Source of the DNA: Nostoc sp. DedSLP01
Lineage (GTDB): Bacteria > Cyanobacteriota > Cyanobacteriia > Cyanobacteriales > Nostocaceae
DNA length: 64,000 nt
Direction of reading: 5' to 3'
Assembly (NCBI GenBank): GCA_034530875.2
Contig: JAVRCJ020000009.1
Location: 1-64,000 of the forward strand
Shown: positions 51,131-61,440 of the stretch, piece by piece
Position numbering within the stretch: the first letter of the stretch is position 1
Layout: each line of letters begins with the position of its first letter
The notes under the pieces: model-generated
What the model saw: the letters and a program-made list of their open reading frames with translations, nothing else
What the model was told of the DNA's origin: nothing
The model's database searches: none
Translations under genes and position numbers: made by a program

Positions 51131-52630
51131 ATGAATTTTATATCAATTTTCTATGGGCTGTTCTTATTAAGCGTACTGGGAATTTACTGGTCTTTAGCAC
51201 AAGAAAAATGGCGTTTGTGGACAATGCTAATTGCCAGTTTAGTTTTTTATGCGTCTTTACATATCCAGTACGTACCATTGCTCTTAGCATTGACTTTTAT
51301 TAATTTCCGCTTGGGAGTAGAAATTGGCAAGAATACTTCACATGGAAAGCATTCTCTTGACTGGCGAATTTCTAATGAAGAATGGCAATTTGCAGAAGGA
51401 GACTGGAATTTACGCCGTTTAAAGCTTTTGTGGCTGGGTATAATTCTTAATATTTTAATTTTGTTCGGTTTTAAGTATATTACTCCTTTATATAAATTTA
51501 TTTTTCACGTGCAAACAAATTCACCAGATAACTCTTTTAAATTGATTGCACCTTTAGGAATTTCATTTTTTACCTTTGAGTGTATTGCCTATTTAATAGA
51601 TGTCTATCGCGGTGCCCCTGCTACAGATAGATTTCTTAAATTTGCTTCGTATAAATTATTTTTTGCAAAGCTGATTTCTGGGCCAATTACGCGTTACCAC
51701 AACCTAGCAAAACAATTTAATACACTACATTTACTTACTACCAATAGAGTTGTAGAAGGATTGTGGTTAATTGCTAGAGGTGCAGTCAAAAAAGGTATTT
51801 TGGCAGATCATTTGGGAATTTTCGTCGATTTATGTTTTGGTAACTTACAACGTGCGGGTAGTACAGATCTTTGGTTAGCTACCATTGCCTACGGTTTGCA
51901 GTTATATCTAGATTTCAACGGCTATGTAGACATTGCTCGTGGTAGTGCTTTACTTTTCGGCTTAGTTTTGCCTGAGAATTTTGATTTTCCTTATTTCAGC
52001 ACCAGTATTGCGGACTTTTGGCGGCGCTGGCACATGACTCTGGGTGATTGGCTGCGTAACTATGTTTATTTTCCTTTAGGTGGTTCGCGTCAGGGTTTGA
52101 CTCGCACCTGTTGGAATTTATTTCTTGTAATGCTAATTGCTGGTATTTGGCACGGAGCTGCTTTAGGTTATGTAGTTTGGGGCATACTTCACGGATTGGG
52201 ATTAGTAGTTCATCGACTGACGGATGCTGTTAGCGATCGCTTTGAAAAACTAGAACAATTCTGGCAAAATCCTTTAGGTATATTTATAGCTTGGCTGTTA
52301 ACCCAACTGATGGTTTTTACGTCTTGGATTTGGTTCCGCTTGCCTAACCTCCAAGATTCTTTTTTAGTAACTCGCCATCTTTGGGGTTATCCCGCAGACG
52401 CCCAGTTTGCTCAAAAGGTTTATGTAGAAGCTTTAAATATGAACCAAGAACAACTCGCTTGGGTACTGGCAACGTTAGCGACTCTCATGGCTATAGTCTA
52501 TGCCTTTAACCGGATGTTCAAGTTAGAGTTTAACTGGCCTATAAAGCTTGTTTTCGTCCCCTTATGCTTCTACGCAGTTTGGTTATTAGCTCCTGAAGGT
52601 AGCCTGCCCTATATATACTTTGATTTTTAA
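51131..52630 (+). CDS. MBOAT O-acyltransferase (AlgI/PatA/DltB-like)
   Basis: PLGISFFTF, LISGPI, LYLDFNGYVDIA, FWRRWHMTL, GIWHG and FDF C-terminus. Confidence 0.93.
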   Translation: MNFISIFYGLFLLSVLGIYWSLAQEKWRLWTMLIASLVFYASLHIQYVPLLLALTFINFRLGVEIGKNTSHGKHSLDWRISNEEWQFAEGDWNLRRLKLLWLGIILNILILFGFKYITPLYKFIFHVQTNSPDNSFKLIAPLGISFFTFECIAYLIDVYRGAPATDRFLKFASYKLFFAKLISGPITRYHNLAKQFNTLHLLTTNRVVEGLWLIARGAVKKGILADHLGIFVDLCFGNLQRAGSTDLWLATIAYGLQLYLDFNGYVDIARGSALLFGLVLPENFDFPYFSTSIADFWRRWHMTLGDWLRNYVYFPLGGSRQGLTRTCWNLFLVMLIAGIWHGAALGYVVWGILHGLGLVVHRLTDAVSDRFEKLEQFWQNPLGIFIAWLLTQLMVFTSWIWFRLPNLQDSFLVTRHLWGYPADAQFAQKVYVEALNMNQEQLAWVLATLATLMAIVYAFNRMFKLEFNWPIKLVFVPLCFYAVWLLAPEGSLPYIYFDF

Positions 52631-52660
52631 TCTACTTTTTTGGTAAACAAGCAACTGCAA

Positions 52661-52868
52661 TAGACTTCTTGCAGAAGTCGGGAAAAGGGGAAAGGTAAAG
52701 GGGGAAAGGTTTGGTATTTTCCTTTCCCCAATAAAGATGCATCCCTTTGACCACAAGAGTGCAAAAAAGACTTTTGCAAGAGACTTCATGAGTGGAACTC
52801 ACAAGGAACAATAAAAATATCTCTTCCCCAGTTCCCAGTCCCCAGTCCCTATTTTTAAGGTAGGTCTA
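52661..52868. mobile_element. MITE-like element, TAGAC...GTCTA family
   Basis: Left end shared with 37371. The whole element is homologous (inverted) to 29013-29221. Confidence 0.7.
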
Positions 52869-53018
52869 ATTAATACCAATTTATTAGGTAAACGGTAGGG
52901 TAGCACGGCTAGCTGGACTACCCTATTAATTCTTCGTATTCCATACAGTTAGAAGCCCTTATAAATCCTAGATTGCTGATTCTTACGTCATGTTTTTTAT
53001 TAAAGAGTTTTCAATCGT

Positions 53019-53036
53019 TTTGTAAACAAATGTAAA
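53019..53036 (-). promoter_or_regulatory. HLR1 (RpaB-binding) direct repeat upstream of psbA
   Basis: TTTACATT-TG-TTTACAAA on the minus strand matches (G/T)TTACA(T/A)(T/A)-N2-repeat. Confidence 0.55.
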
Positions 53037-53297
53037 GCTAGATAACTAGGCGATCGCCTGACTGAAATTGATTTACTGTTGAAATCAGTTAAATTCAATG
53101 AAACCAAGGCTTTTGCTGCTGTCGAGCGACGCTATAAATCCGAGCCAAAACTTTACATTGCTGTGAGTTTATTCAACAAAAACATTACAGAATATTAAGC
53201 AAAACATCGTATCAAAGTAAATTCATGTAGACTTGTTTCAACAGGCAATAAAAGTTTGTCTGTCTCATATTTAACAAAAAATAGCACTCATAAAACA

Positions 53298-54380
53298 ATG
53301 ACAACTACCTTACAACGGCGTTCAAACGCTAACGTATGGGATCGGTTTTGCGAGTGGATCACCAGCACTGACAACCGCATTTATGTAGGTTGGTTCGGTG
53401 TATTGATGATCCCCACCTTGCTAGCCGCTACCGTTTGCTTCACAATCGCTTTCATCGCTGCTCCTCCAGTAGACATCGATGGTATCCGCGAGCCTGTTGC
53501 AGGTTCTTTGATCTACGGAAACAACATCATCTCAGGTGCAGTTGTTCCTTCTTCTAACGCGATCGGTTTGCACTTCTACCCAATCTGGGAAGCTGCTTCC
53601 TTAGATGAGTGGTTGTACAACGGTGGTCCTTACCAGCTGGTAATTTTCCACTTCTTGCTCGGTTGCGCTTGCTACATGGGCCGTCAGTGGGAACTTTCTT
53701 ACCGCTTAGGTATGCGTCCTTGGATCTGCGTAGCTTACAGCGCACCTCTAGCTTCCGCTACCGCAGTATTCTTGATCTACCCAATCGGTCAAGGTTCTTT
53801 CTCTGATGGTATGCCTCTGGGTATCTCCGGAACCTTCAACTTCATGATCGTGTTCCAAGCAGAGCACAACATCCTCATGCACCCCTTCCACATGTTAGGT
53901 GTGGCTGGTGTATTCGGCGGTTCCTTGTTCTCCGCAATGCACGGTTCTCTAGTAACCTCTTCCTTGGTTCGTGAAACCACCGAAACCGAATCTCAAAACT
54001 ACGGTTACAAGTTCGGTCAAGAAGAAGAAACCTACAACATCGTTGCAGCACACGGTTACTTCGGTCGCTTGATTTTCCAATACGCTTCCTTCAACAACAG
54101 CCGTTCCTTGCACTTCTTCTTAGCTGCTTGGCCTGTTGTGGGTATCTGGTTCACCGCTTTGGGTGTAAGCACAATGGCTTTCAACCTCAACGGTTTCAAC
54201 TTCAACCAGTCCATCATTGACTCTCAAGGTCGCGTCATCAGCACTTGGGCAGACGTAATCAACCGCGCTAACTTGGGTATGGAAGTAATGCACGAGCGTA
54301 ACGCTCACAACTTCCCCTTAGACTTAGCTGCTAGTGATGTTACTCCAGTAGCTTTGACTGCTCCTGCTATCAACGGTTAA
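53298..54380 (+). CDS. psbA: Photosystem II D1 protein, Q130 (D1:1-type) form
   Basis: 360-aa D1 starting MTTTLQRR, with YMGRQWE (Gln130) and a canonical HNFPLDLA C-terminus. Confidence 0.99.
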   Translation: MTTTLQRRSNANVWDRFCEWITSTDNRIYVGWFGVLMIPTLLAATVCFTIAFIAAPPVDIDGIREPVAGSLIYGNNIISGAVVPSSNAIGLHFYPIWEAASLDEWLYNGGPYQLVIFHFLLGCACYMGRQWELSYRLGMRPWICVAYSAPLASATAVFLIYPIGQGSFSDGMPLGISGTFNFMIVFQAEHNILMHPFHMLGVAGVFGGSLFSAMHGSLVTSSLVRETTETESQNYGYKFGQEEETYNIVAAHGYFGRLIFQYASFNNSRSLHFFLAAWPVVGIWFTALGVSTMAFNLNGFNFNQSIIDSQGRVISTWADVINRANLGMEVMHERNAHNFPLDLAASDVTPVALTAPAING

Positions 54381-54399
54381 TACTCAGTAATAGCTAAAT

Positions 54400-54433
54400 A
54401 AAAAAGCGCCCTCTGAAAAGAGGGCGCTTTTTT
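54400..54433 (+). terminator. Rho-independent terminator after psbA
   Basis: AAAAAAGCGCCCTCT-GAAA-AGAGGGCGCTTTTTT. Confidence 0.92.
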
Positions 54434-54519
54434 ATTTATTGGAATTGTGATATTAAAAAGAAGAACTAAGAATGGGTTTCGCCATCCATTAGTGGGGGAT
54501 TTGGAATAAAAGTCACCGT

Positions 54520-55500
54520 ATGCTAATTCTTCTTACCTTTTCTCAGAATCAGGTAGATTTATTTTCCAATAAGAATCTTGATACGGTACTCCAAAGAATT
54601 GATGGTTCTCAGAATATTTGGTTGCGCTGTGTTAATTTTCGCGATCGCACTGGAACTGCTAAAATTCTCAATCACTTTCGACTCAATTCATCTCGTGTGA
54701 ATATGGTTTTCAACCATATCCCTACAGGAATGGATGAAGACACAGAAGATTGTTTATTTGACAACTATGAAATTTTAACTCCTCAACTAAAAAATCGGGA
54801 GTTTGAAGTAGCGCGTGGCAGTATTTTGTTGGGGAAGAATTTTATTATCACCTTTGAAATTACTGAAGTCAAAATATTTAGCGTATTAACTAATAATCTT
54901 CAAAAGCGAAAAATAGACTTACAAAAATGGGGAATTGATTATCTTTTATATCTGATTTTTAAAGATGTTTTAAATAATTACCATACAGTCTTTGAATATA
55001 TTTCTAGACGACTTGATGATTTAGAAGATGAAGTTCTAGGAAATTTTGGCGATGAATCAACGTACCATAAAATTGCTAGCATGAGACAATCTACTCGTGT
55101 TGGGCGTCGTAATTTTCAAAGCTTTAAGTCTCTTTTAGCGATGATGGATTACGAAGATTTTCAATGGATTTCAGAGCCAGTAAAGACATTATTCAATCAA
55201 GAATTTGTTCATCATATCGATAATCTCTGGCAAGAGTATCAAAGCCTGAGACTCTGGATGTCAGAATTAATGGAAATTCAACGCGATAATATTGCCAGCG
55301 AAACTAGCGATCGAATTAACCGCTTAACTATTTTATCGGCGGTCTTCTTACCAATCACCTTCATTGCTGGTCTTTATGGTATGAACTTCAAGTATATGCC
55401 AGAGTTAGAGCAACCTTTGGGTTATCCTGTTGCGATCGCTGTTATGGCTTTAATCGTCATTGGTAGTATTGTCTATGCTAAAAAACAACGTTGGTTGTAG
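54520..55500 (+). CDS. CorA-family divalent cation transporter
   Basis: LTILSAVFLPITFIAGLYGMNFKYMPEL (GMN motif). Confidence 0.92.
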   Translation: MLILLTFSQNQVDLFSNKNLDTVLQRIDGSQNIWLRCVNFRDRTGTAKILNHFRLNSSRVNMVFNHIPTGMDEDTEDCLFDNYEILTPQLKNREFEVARGSILLGKNFIITFEITEVKIFSVLTNNLQKRKIDLQKWGIDYLLYLIFKDVLNNYHTVFEYISRRLDDLEDEVLGNFGDESTYHKIASMRQSTRVGRRNFQSFKSLLAMMDYEDFQWISEPVKTLFNQEFVHHIDNLWQEYQSLRLWMSELMEIQRDNIASETSDRINRLTILSAVFLPITFIAGLYGMNFKYMPELEQPLGYPVAIAVMALIVIGSIVYAKKQRWL

Positions 55501-55519
55501 GATTTGGTTGAATAGCCAT

Positions 55520-57235
55520 CTAAAACAAAAAGTACCTCTGGGTCATTGGTAAAACTGTTGCAGGTTCGCAAATCAGTAAATTACCATCTGCCCTGACTTC
55601 GTAGGTTTCCGGGTCAACTTCAATTTGGGGTAGCGCATCATTCAGCTTCATATCCTGCTTACTCAATTGGCGCGTTCTGGAAACTGCGATCGCTGTTTTT
55701 CGTAAACCTAACTGTGCAGGAATTTCCCTTTCTAAAGCTGCCTGGGAAACAAAAGTAAATGATGTGGCGTTCTTAGCACCAGCAAAACTTCCAAACATCG
55801 GCCGCGCATGTACTGGTTGGGGTGTGGGAATACTGGCGTTAGCATCGCCCATTTGCGACCATGCAATCATTCCGCCTTTTATGACTATTTCTGGCTTGAC
55901 GCCAAAAAATGCCGGACGCCACAAGCACAAATCTGCTAATTTTCCCTCTTCCACTGAACCCACATGTTCAGCAATTCCGTGAGCGATCGCTGGATTAATA
56001 GTATATTTAGCAACATATCTTTTCGCCCGAAAATTATCTGCTGCTTCTTCAGTTCCTTGTGGGTTAAGAATTCCTCGTTGCACCTTCATTTTGTGAGATG
56101 TCTGCCAGGTGCGAATTATCACTTCGCCCACCCTTCCCATTGCTTGGGAATCAGAAGAAATCATGCTAAATGCGCCCAAGTCGTGCAAAATGTCTTCAGC
56201 AGCAATGGTTTCTCGGCGGATGCGGGACTCAGCAAAAGCAACATCTTCTGCAATCGCCGGATCGAGGTGATGGCATACCATCAACATATCCAGGTGTTCG
56301 TCTAAAGTGTTGAGGGTGTAAGGACGCGTGGGGTTGGTAGAAGATGGTAAAACGTTGGCTTGACCGCAAACTTTGATGATATCTGGTGCGTGTCCGCCGC
56401 CTGCGCCTTCGGTGTGGTAAGTGTGGATGACACGATTCTTAAACGCAGCGATGGTATCTTCCACAAATCCGGCTTCGTTCAGCGTATCGGTATGAATAGC
56501 CACTTGGATATCGTATTCATCGGCAACGCTGAGGCAAGTATCGATTGCTGCGGGGGTAGTTCCCCAGTCCTCATGTAACTTTAACCCCATTGCACCGGCG
56601 GCTACTTGTTCTACAAGTCCTTGGGGTTGACTGGCGTTACCTTTACCCAAAAATCCTAAGTTGACAGGAAAAGCATCAGCAGCTTGCAACATCCGATAAA
56701 TATTCCAGGGGCCTGGGGTGCAGGTAGTGGCGTTTGTGCCGGTAGCGGGGCCAGTACCCCCGCCAATCATGGTGGTGATACCAGAAGCGATCGCCACTTC
56801 AATTTGTTGGGGACAAATAAAGTGAATATGGGCATCAATACCGCCAGCAGTGAGAATCATTCCTTCCCCTGCTAAGGCTTCAGTTCCGGGGCCAATAATA
56901 ATATCTATATTATTTTGAATATAAGGATTTCCGGCTTTACCAATTTTGAAAATCTTACCATCTTTAATGCCGATATCTGCTTTGACAATACCCCACCAAT
57001 CGAGGATTAAAGCATTAGTAATTACTAAATCTACAGCGCCATCAGCATTAGAAATGGGGGATTGTCCCATGCCATCTCTGATGACTTTACCGCCGCCGAA
57101 TTTCACTTCATCACCGTAGGTAGTTAAGTCTTGTTCGACTTCGATGAACAATTCTGTGTCTGCAAGTCGGACTTTATCTCCGATGGTGGGGCCGAAAGTT
57201 TCGGCGTAGGCGCGGCGGGACATTCTGTAAGGCAT
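55520..57235 (-). CDS. ureC: Urease subunit alpha
   Basis: [21 protein letters not shown] and SSDSQAMGR. Confidence 0.98.
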   Translation of the reverse strand: MPYRMSRRAYAETFGPTIGDKVRLADTELFIEVEQDLTTYGDEVKFGGGKVIRDGMGQSPISNADGAVDLVITNALILDWWGIVKADIGIKDGKIFKIGKAGNPYIQNNIDIIIGPGTEALAGEGMILTAGGIDAHIHFICPQQIEVAIASGITTMIGGGTGPATGTNATTCTPGPWNIYRMLQAADAFPVNLGFLGKGNASQPQGLVEQVAAGAMGLKLHEDWGTTPAAIDTCLSVADEYDIQVAIHTDTLNEAGFVEDTIAAFKNRVIHTYHTEGAGGGHAPDIIKVCGQANVLPSSTNPTRPYTLNTLDEHLDMLMVCHHLDPAIAEDVAFAESRIRRETIAAEDILHDLGAFSMISSDSQAMGRVGEVIIRTWQTSHKMKVQRGILNPQGTEEAADNFRAKRYVAKYTINPAIAHGIAEHVGSVEEGKLADLCLWRPAFFGVKPEIVIKGGMIAWSQMGDANASIPTPQPVHARPMFGSFAGAKNATSFTFVSQAALEREIPAQLGLRKTAIAVSRTRQLSKQDMKLNDALPQIEVDPETYEVRADGNLLICEPATVLPMTQRYFLF

Positions 57236-57264
57236 AACTTTTGGTAATGGAGGTTAAGATTGAG

Positions 57265-57733
57265 TTTAAACGCAAAGGATCGCAAAGTCAGCGCAAAGGT
57301 TCGCAGAGGATGGATGAGAATAGTTTGAGTGGGGTGATAATTGGTTGTGGGATGCGAGTGCATACAGCGTTGGGGCCGGGTTTGTTAGAGTCAGCTTATG
57401 AGGAGTGTTTGTATTATGAATTGAGGAAAAAGGGGTTAAATGTTGGTAAGCAAGTTCCATTACCGCTTATTTACGAAGAGGTGAAATTAGACTGTGTTTA
57501 TCGATTAGATTTAATAGTTGAAAATCAAGTAATTATTGAAGTCAAATCTGTAGAATCCATCAACCCAATTCACTCCGTACAACTTTTAACTTATCTCAAA
57601 CTAACTAATTGCAAACTTGGTCTTATTCTCAACTTTAACGTTCTCCACCTCAAAGAAGGCATTAAACGTGTAGCAAACAAACTCTAACTCCGCGTACCTC
57701 TGCGTTTACCTTTGCGTCCCTTTGCGTTAAAAA
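57265..57733. mobile_element. Cassette around the GxxExxY gene, bounded by inverted repeats
   Basis: Four CGCA(A/G)AG units on the left and four complementary CT(T/C)TGCG-type units on the right. Confidence 0.5.
57310..57687 (+). CDS. GxxExxY (PD-(D/E)xK-like) protein
   Basis: VHTALGPGLLESAYEECL, RLDLIVE, IEVKS, QLLTYLK and GLILNF. Confidence 0.93.
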   Translation: MDENSLSGVIIGCGMRVHTALGPGLLESAYEECLYYELRKKGLNVGKQVPLPLIYEEVKLDCVYRLDLIVENQVIIEVKSVESINPIHSVQLLTYLKLTNCKLGLILNFNVLHLKEGIKRVANKL

Positions 57734-57763
57734 ATAAATATACCGTACTGAAGCTCAAGGTTT

Positions 57764-58069
57764 TCAGAGGTTTCCGTTAATTTTACCGTTGAAACCGTAG
57801 ACTTGGCGGCTACCAACCAAAGGCACTAATGTGACTTCTTTTTCATCACCTGGTTCAAAGCGAACTGCCGTGCCTGCGGGGATATCGAGACGCATTCCTC
57901 GTGCTTGTTCTCTGTCAAAAATTAAAGCAGCGTTAACTTCATAAAAGTGAAAATGAGAACCAACTTGTATGGGGCGATCGCCTGTATTTGACACCTGCAA
58001 TTTAAGAGTAGGACGACCAGCATTTAATTCAATTTCACCTTCTGGCGTAATAATTTCCCCAGGAATCAT
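57764..58069 (-). CDS. ureB: Urease subunit beta
   Basis: [15 protein letters not shown] and [10 protein letters not shown]. Confidence 0.98.
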   Translation of the reverse strand: MIPGEIITPEGEIELNAGRPTLKLQVSNTGDRPIQVGSHFHFYEVNAALIFDREQARGMRLDIPAGTAVRFEPGDEKEVTLVPLVGSRQVYGFNGKINGNL

Positions 58070-58087
58070 AATAAATTTATTTGAATA

Positions 58088-58390
58088 TTAACGAATTGGA
58101 TTATGTACTGTAACTAACTTTGTGCCATCAGGAAAAGTTGCTTCTACTTGCACTTCATGTACCATTTCTGGTATTCCTTCCATCACATCATCCCGCGTTA
58201 ATAAAGTTGTGCCATAACTCATTAATTCAGCTACAGTTTGCCCATCTCTTGCACCTTCTAAAATAGCAGCAGAAATATAGGCAACAGCTTCGGGATAATT
58301 AAGTTTCAAACCTCTTTCTTTACGTCTTTCTGCTAATAAAGCAGCAGTAAAAATCAATAGCTTATCTTTTTCCTGCGGCGTCAATTGCAT
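58088..58390 (-). CDS. ureA: Urease subunit gamma
   Basis: [17 protein letters not shown] and [14 protein letters not shown]. Confidence 0.98.
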   Translation of the reverse strand: MQLTPQEKDKLLIFTAALLAERRKERGLKLNYPEAVAYISAAILEGARDGQTVAELMSYGTTLLTRDDVMEGIPEMVHEVQVEATFPDGTKLVTVHNPIR

Positions 58391-58411
58391 TCTTCTCTCC
58401 CTCTTGGCGGT

Positions 58412-59251
58412 TCAAACCTGCCACACTCTTGGTATACAGTTACCACGATTTAAAAAAGAAACTCGTAGCAACTGCCAAATATCAATAAACCAGTTTCTCA
58501 CCTCAGATGTAGAATCACCGCGATATCGACACAATAATCCATGTTCTAATCTGGTAACACCTGTTTCACCAATACCATTTCCTAAAACTCGTATTTTTTC
58601 TACGATTTCTGGTGAAACTGCATCACCAAGCCAAACTAGACTACCTGTGATTGGCTTTCCAGCCAACCCGTGAAAACTGTGAAAAACTTCTTCACTAGCT
58701 GGTAAATATTGCCGATCTATCCACAAGGGAACGCCTTGTTGCCAAATTTCAGTATGCGATCGCCATTCTCCTTTATCGAATTTCTCTCCTCTAGCACTGC
58801 GGCCAAAGCGGGTAATTTCCCAGCCTAAAAAGCTAGCCCCGGTTGCTAATTCTACCCGTAAATCTTGCTGATAAATCGCACTTTTAAATAAAATTGTTTC
58901 TTGCGGTAACCATTCTAAACAAGCACCTGCGTCAACTTGTATCTGGATGTTTTGCCTAGCTTGTAAACCATTACTGCGATATATCTTACTAGCTGCTGCT
59001 GTAGTGATTAATGCGTGTGTATGGGGTTGGAGGTGGATATGAGAGGATAAGCGATCGCCCCCCACAACTCCGCCAGCCGTGTGTAAAATTACGCTATGAC
59101 AAACTTTTTGCCCTTCTGGATAAAATGGGCGTTGCACCTTCAAGGGTGCTTGTTGGTGAGTGTAAATTAATTGCGTTGTGTTGTGGCGATCGGCGTAAAC
59201 TAAATTCAGTTTGCCATGCCAACCCTCTGTAATTTGTGAGTTGGAAGTCAT
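58412..59251 (-). CDS. ureD: Urease accessory protein UreD
   Basis: APLKVQRPFY, HTAGGVVGGD, LEWLPQETI and PRVW. Confidence 0.96.
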   Translation of the reverse strand: MTSNSQITEGWHGKLNLVYADRHNTTQLIYTHQQAPLKVQRPFYPEGQKVCHSVILHTAGGVVGGDRLSSHIHLQPHTHALITTAAASKIYRSNGLQARQNIQIQVDAGACLEWLPQETILFKSAIYQQDLRVELATGASFLGWEITRFGRSARGEKFDKGEWRSHTEIWQQGVPLWIDRQYLPASEEVFHSFHGLAGKPITGSLVWLGDAVSPEIVEKIRVLGNGIGETGVTRLEHGLLCRYRGDSTSEVRNWFIDIWQLLRVSFLNRGNCIPRVWQV

Positions 59252-60034
59252 TTAATTAATTGCTTCGCCAAGGTGTACGCTAGTTCGATAGACCAGATAC
59301 ACAAAACCATTTTCATCACGAAAACACTGATAAATTTCTTGAAAACTATCAATAAGTTTGTTATCTGCCAAACTTTCATTAGGTAGATAAGAAACACTTT
59401 TTGCTCGTCCAATAAGTCCAGTTAAATCTAACTGTTGTCTATAAGTAAAAGTATATTCGCGGATGTTGATAAAATGAGGAGTTGCTAACAGTGGCTCTAC
59501 TGATTGCATCCTTGATTCTGCTGGATGATTGTTAGATGCTTCGCGGACTATTCGGCTATATTCTGCGGTGAAAGCATCTTCTTTATCGCGGTTATTCCAC
59601 ACTACCGCTAAGCGTCCTGAAGGTTTTAAAATCCGATGAAATTCTGATAATGCTGGTTCTGGATTGAACCAATGAAAAGCTTGAAAACAAGTAACTAAAT
59701 CAACAGATTCATCCGCGAGTTTGGTCAATTCTGCTGTTCCATCACGAAACTCTACTAAAGTATGCGGTTCGGCGGCTTCTCTCATCGCCGCATTTGGTTC
59801 TATGGCTATGACATTAACTCCACGTTCAGCTAATAGTCTTGAACTAATTCCTGTACCCGCACCAATATCTGCTACTAGAATTTGTGAATTTTTATCTAAT
59901 CCTTCCAAAATAATATCAATTGCATCTGCGGGGTAGCTTGGTCGGTATTTTACATAATCTTCTGCTCTATCAGAAAATCGGTTGAGTGGATTTAGGTTAT
60001 GTAGGGGAGTTGTTTCAGAATGACTTTGGCTCAT
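59252..60034 (-). CDS. Class I SAM-dependent methyltransferase
   Basis: YVKYRPSYP, DIGAGTG, QAFHWF and RILKPSG. Confidence 0.92.
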   Translation of the reverse strand: MSQSHSETTPLHNLNPLNRFSDRAEDYVKYRPSYPADAIDIILEGLDKNSQILVADIGAGTGISSRLLAERGVNVIAIEPNAAMREAAEPHTLVEFRDGTAELTKLADESVDLVTCFQAFHWFNPEPALSEFHRILKPSGRLAVVWNNRDKEDAFTAEYSRIVREASNNHPAESRMQSVEPLLATPHFINIREYTFTYRQQLDLTGLIGRAKSVSYLPNESLADNKLIDSFQEIYQCFRDENGFVYLVYRTSVHLGEAIN

Positions 60035-60133
60035 AGATTTTTAGGCAAAAGAAAAAATTAACCTGTTACTTAGGCATATTTCCAGGGAAACATAGAACTG
60101 TAGCCCATGAAATGTGTGAGTCTACCAGAAATT

Positions 60134-60994
60134 ATGACAGCTAAAGTGATAAGTATTTGCAACCTCAAGGGTGGAGTTGGCAAAACTACCATCGTCATGG
60201 CATTAGCGGAATATTTAGCAGGGGATACCATGTATGGTAAACATGTACTGGTTATTGACCTCGATCCTCAAAGTAATTTGACCAGTGCCTTAATGTCAGA
60301 AGAGGTTTGGGAAAAGGAATTTAACAATAGAGGATTGACATTACCTTTGTTATTTAAAGATCCTGAATATTTTTTAGAAAATGCTAAAAATGAGAATTTT
60401 ATAGCTAAAAAAAATATTTCAAATGTGAGAAATAAAAATTCTTTTTCTCGCTTACATCTTATACCCAGTAGCCCTAAATTATTTGAAATTCAGGAAGAAT
60501 TGCCACCAGGTTATTATTTTTCAAACTTAAAACCTGTTCACCTTCTTCGTACTCTTATAAAACCATTGTTGAACAATTATGACTACATTTTAATAGACTG
60601 TCCTCCAAATATTAACACAGTGATTAAAAGCGCATTTCTAGCTAGTCATGCTTTTGTAATACCCTGCGTACCAAACCGAATGTCAATTCACGGTTTAGGA
60701 ATACTAATAGACTATATTGAAAAGTTTAACAAAGATTTGGAACACAACCTAAAACCAGTAGGAACCCTAATTTCTCGTTATAACGGAACTCTAGCCCAAA
60801 TGGAGAATCTAAATTTTATTATCGGGAATCCTTTCTTTCCTAGCATTTTTCAAACAAAAATTCCAGAAAGAGCAAAAATTGCCGAAAGCTTAGATTTGAG
60901 TATTCAATTAACATATAAACAAAAATATGGTGGCGATGCTCACGAATCGATGGTGAAGTTAGCTCAAGAATTTATTCAAAGAGTAGGTAGATAA
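60134..60994 (+). CDS. Orphan ParA/Soj-family ATPase
   Basis: NLKGGVGKTT deviant Walker A, VIDLDPQSN and ILIDCPP. Confidence 0.92.
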   Translation: MTAKVISICNLKGGVGKTTIVMALAEYLAGDTMYGKHVLVIDLDPQSNLTSALMSEEVWEKEFNNRGLTLPLLFKDPEYFLENAKNENFIAKKNISNVRNKNSFSRLHLIPSSPKLFEIQEELPPGYYFSNLKPVHLLRTLIKPLLNNYDYILIDCPPNINTVIKSAFLASHAFVIPCVPNRMSIHGLGILIDYIEKFNKDLEHNLKPVGTLISRYNGTLAQMENLNFIIGNPFFPSIFQTKIPERAKIAESLDLSIQLTYKQKYGGDAHESMVKLAQEFIQRVGR

Positions 60995-61413
60995 TGGAAG
61001 GATCAGAAATTGCAAACTTATTAAGGGCGATCGCAGAAGTTATAGAATCAGATCCTAAACTTGCCAAGGCTATAGAAAAATGTCTAACTCACAGTTTAAA
61101 TGCTCAAAGAAGTAAAGATTCATCCGAGGCAACGCCAAAGCAGTCAGACGCTAGTAAAACTCTAGAAAATGGAGATATTATCCTAACTGAATGTCGGCAA
61201 GTTTTACGCGAACAGGGTGAAGAAGAGTTGAGGCTTTACTTAACTAAGCTAGGAGAACAGGTTAGAGAATTATTGAAACATGGTCAACTTGACCCAAAAC
61301 GCTCTATACGTCGCAGGAAAGATTTGAATAGTATTATTGAGCATATTATTCAAAAATTGCAAGCTCAAGATAAAAGCGGAAAACTACTTGCAGCCTCAAT
61401 CTCGAAAACATGA
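60994..61413 (+). CDS. Hypothetical helical protein coupled to ParA
   Basis: 139 aa with a TAATG overlap with the parA-like gene. Confidence 0.7.
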   Translation: MEGSEIANLLRAIAEVIESDPKLAKAIEKCLTHSLNAQRSKDSSEATPKQSDASKTLENGDIILTECRQVLREQGEEELRLYLTKLGEQVRELLKHGQLDPKRSIRRRKDLNSIIEHIIQKLQAQDKSGKLLAASISKT

Positions 61414-61440
61414 TGTATCTTGAAAAGTAAATCGTTTTTA

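Noticed and set aside
53298..54380. Atypical D1 (rogue, microaerobic or far-red form)
   Set aside because: The Mn-cluster ligand motifs and C-terminus look canonical, consistent with a standard Q130 D1.
57241..57309. N-terminal extension of the GxxExxY ORF
   Set aside because: It is the translated left repeat array. The ATG at 57310 is the more plausible start.
55520..59251. Incomplete urease cluster (no ureEFG)
   Set aside because: Accessory ure genes are commonly located elsewhere in cyanobacterial genomes.
60994..61413. McdAB carboxysome-positioning system
   Set aside because: The partner lacks the C-terminal Trp and the long Gln-rich coiled coil typical of McdB, and no ccm locus is adjacent. 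Not strictly excluded.
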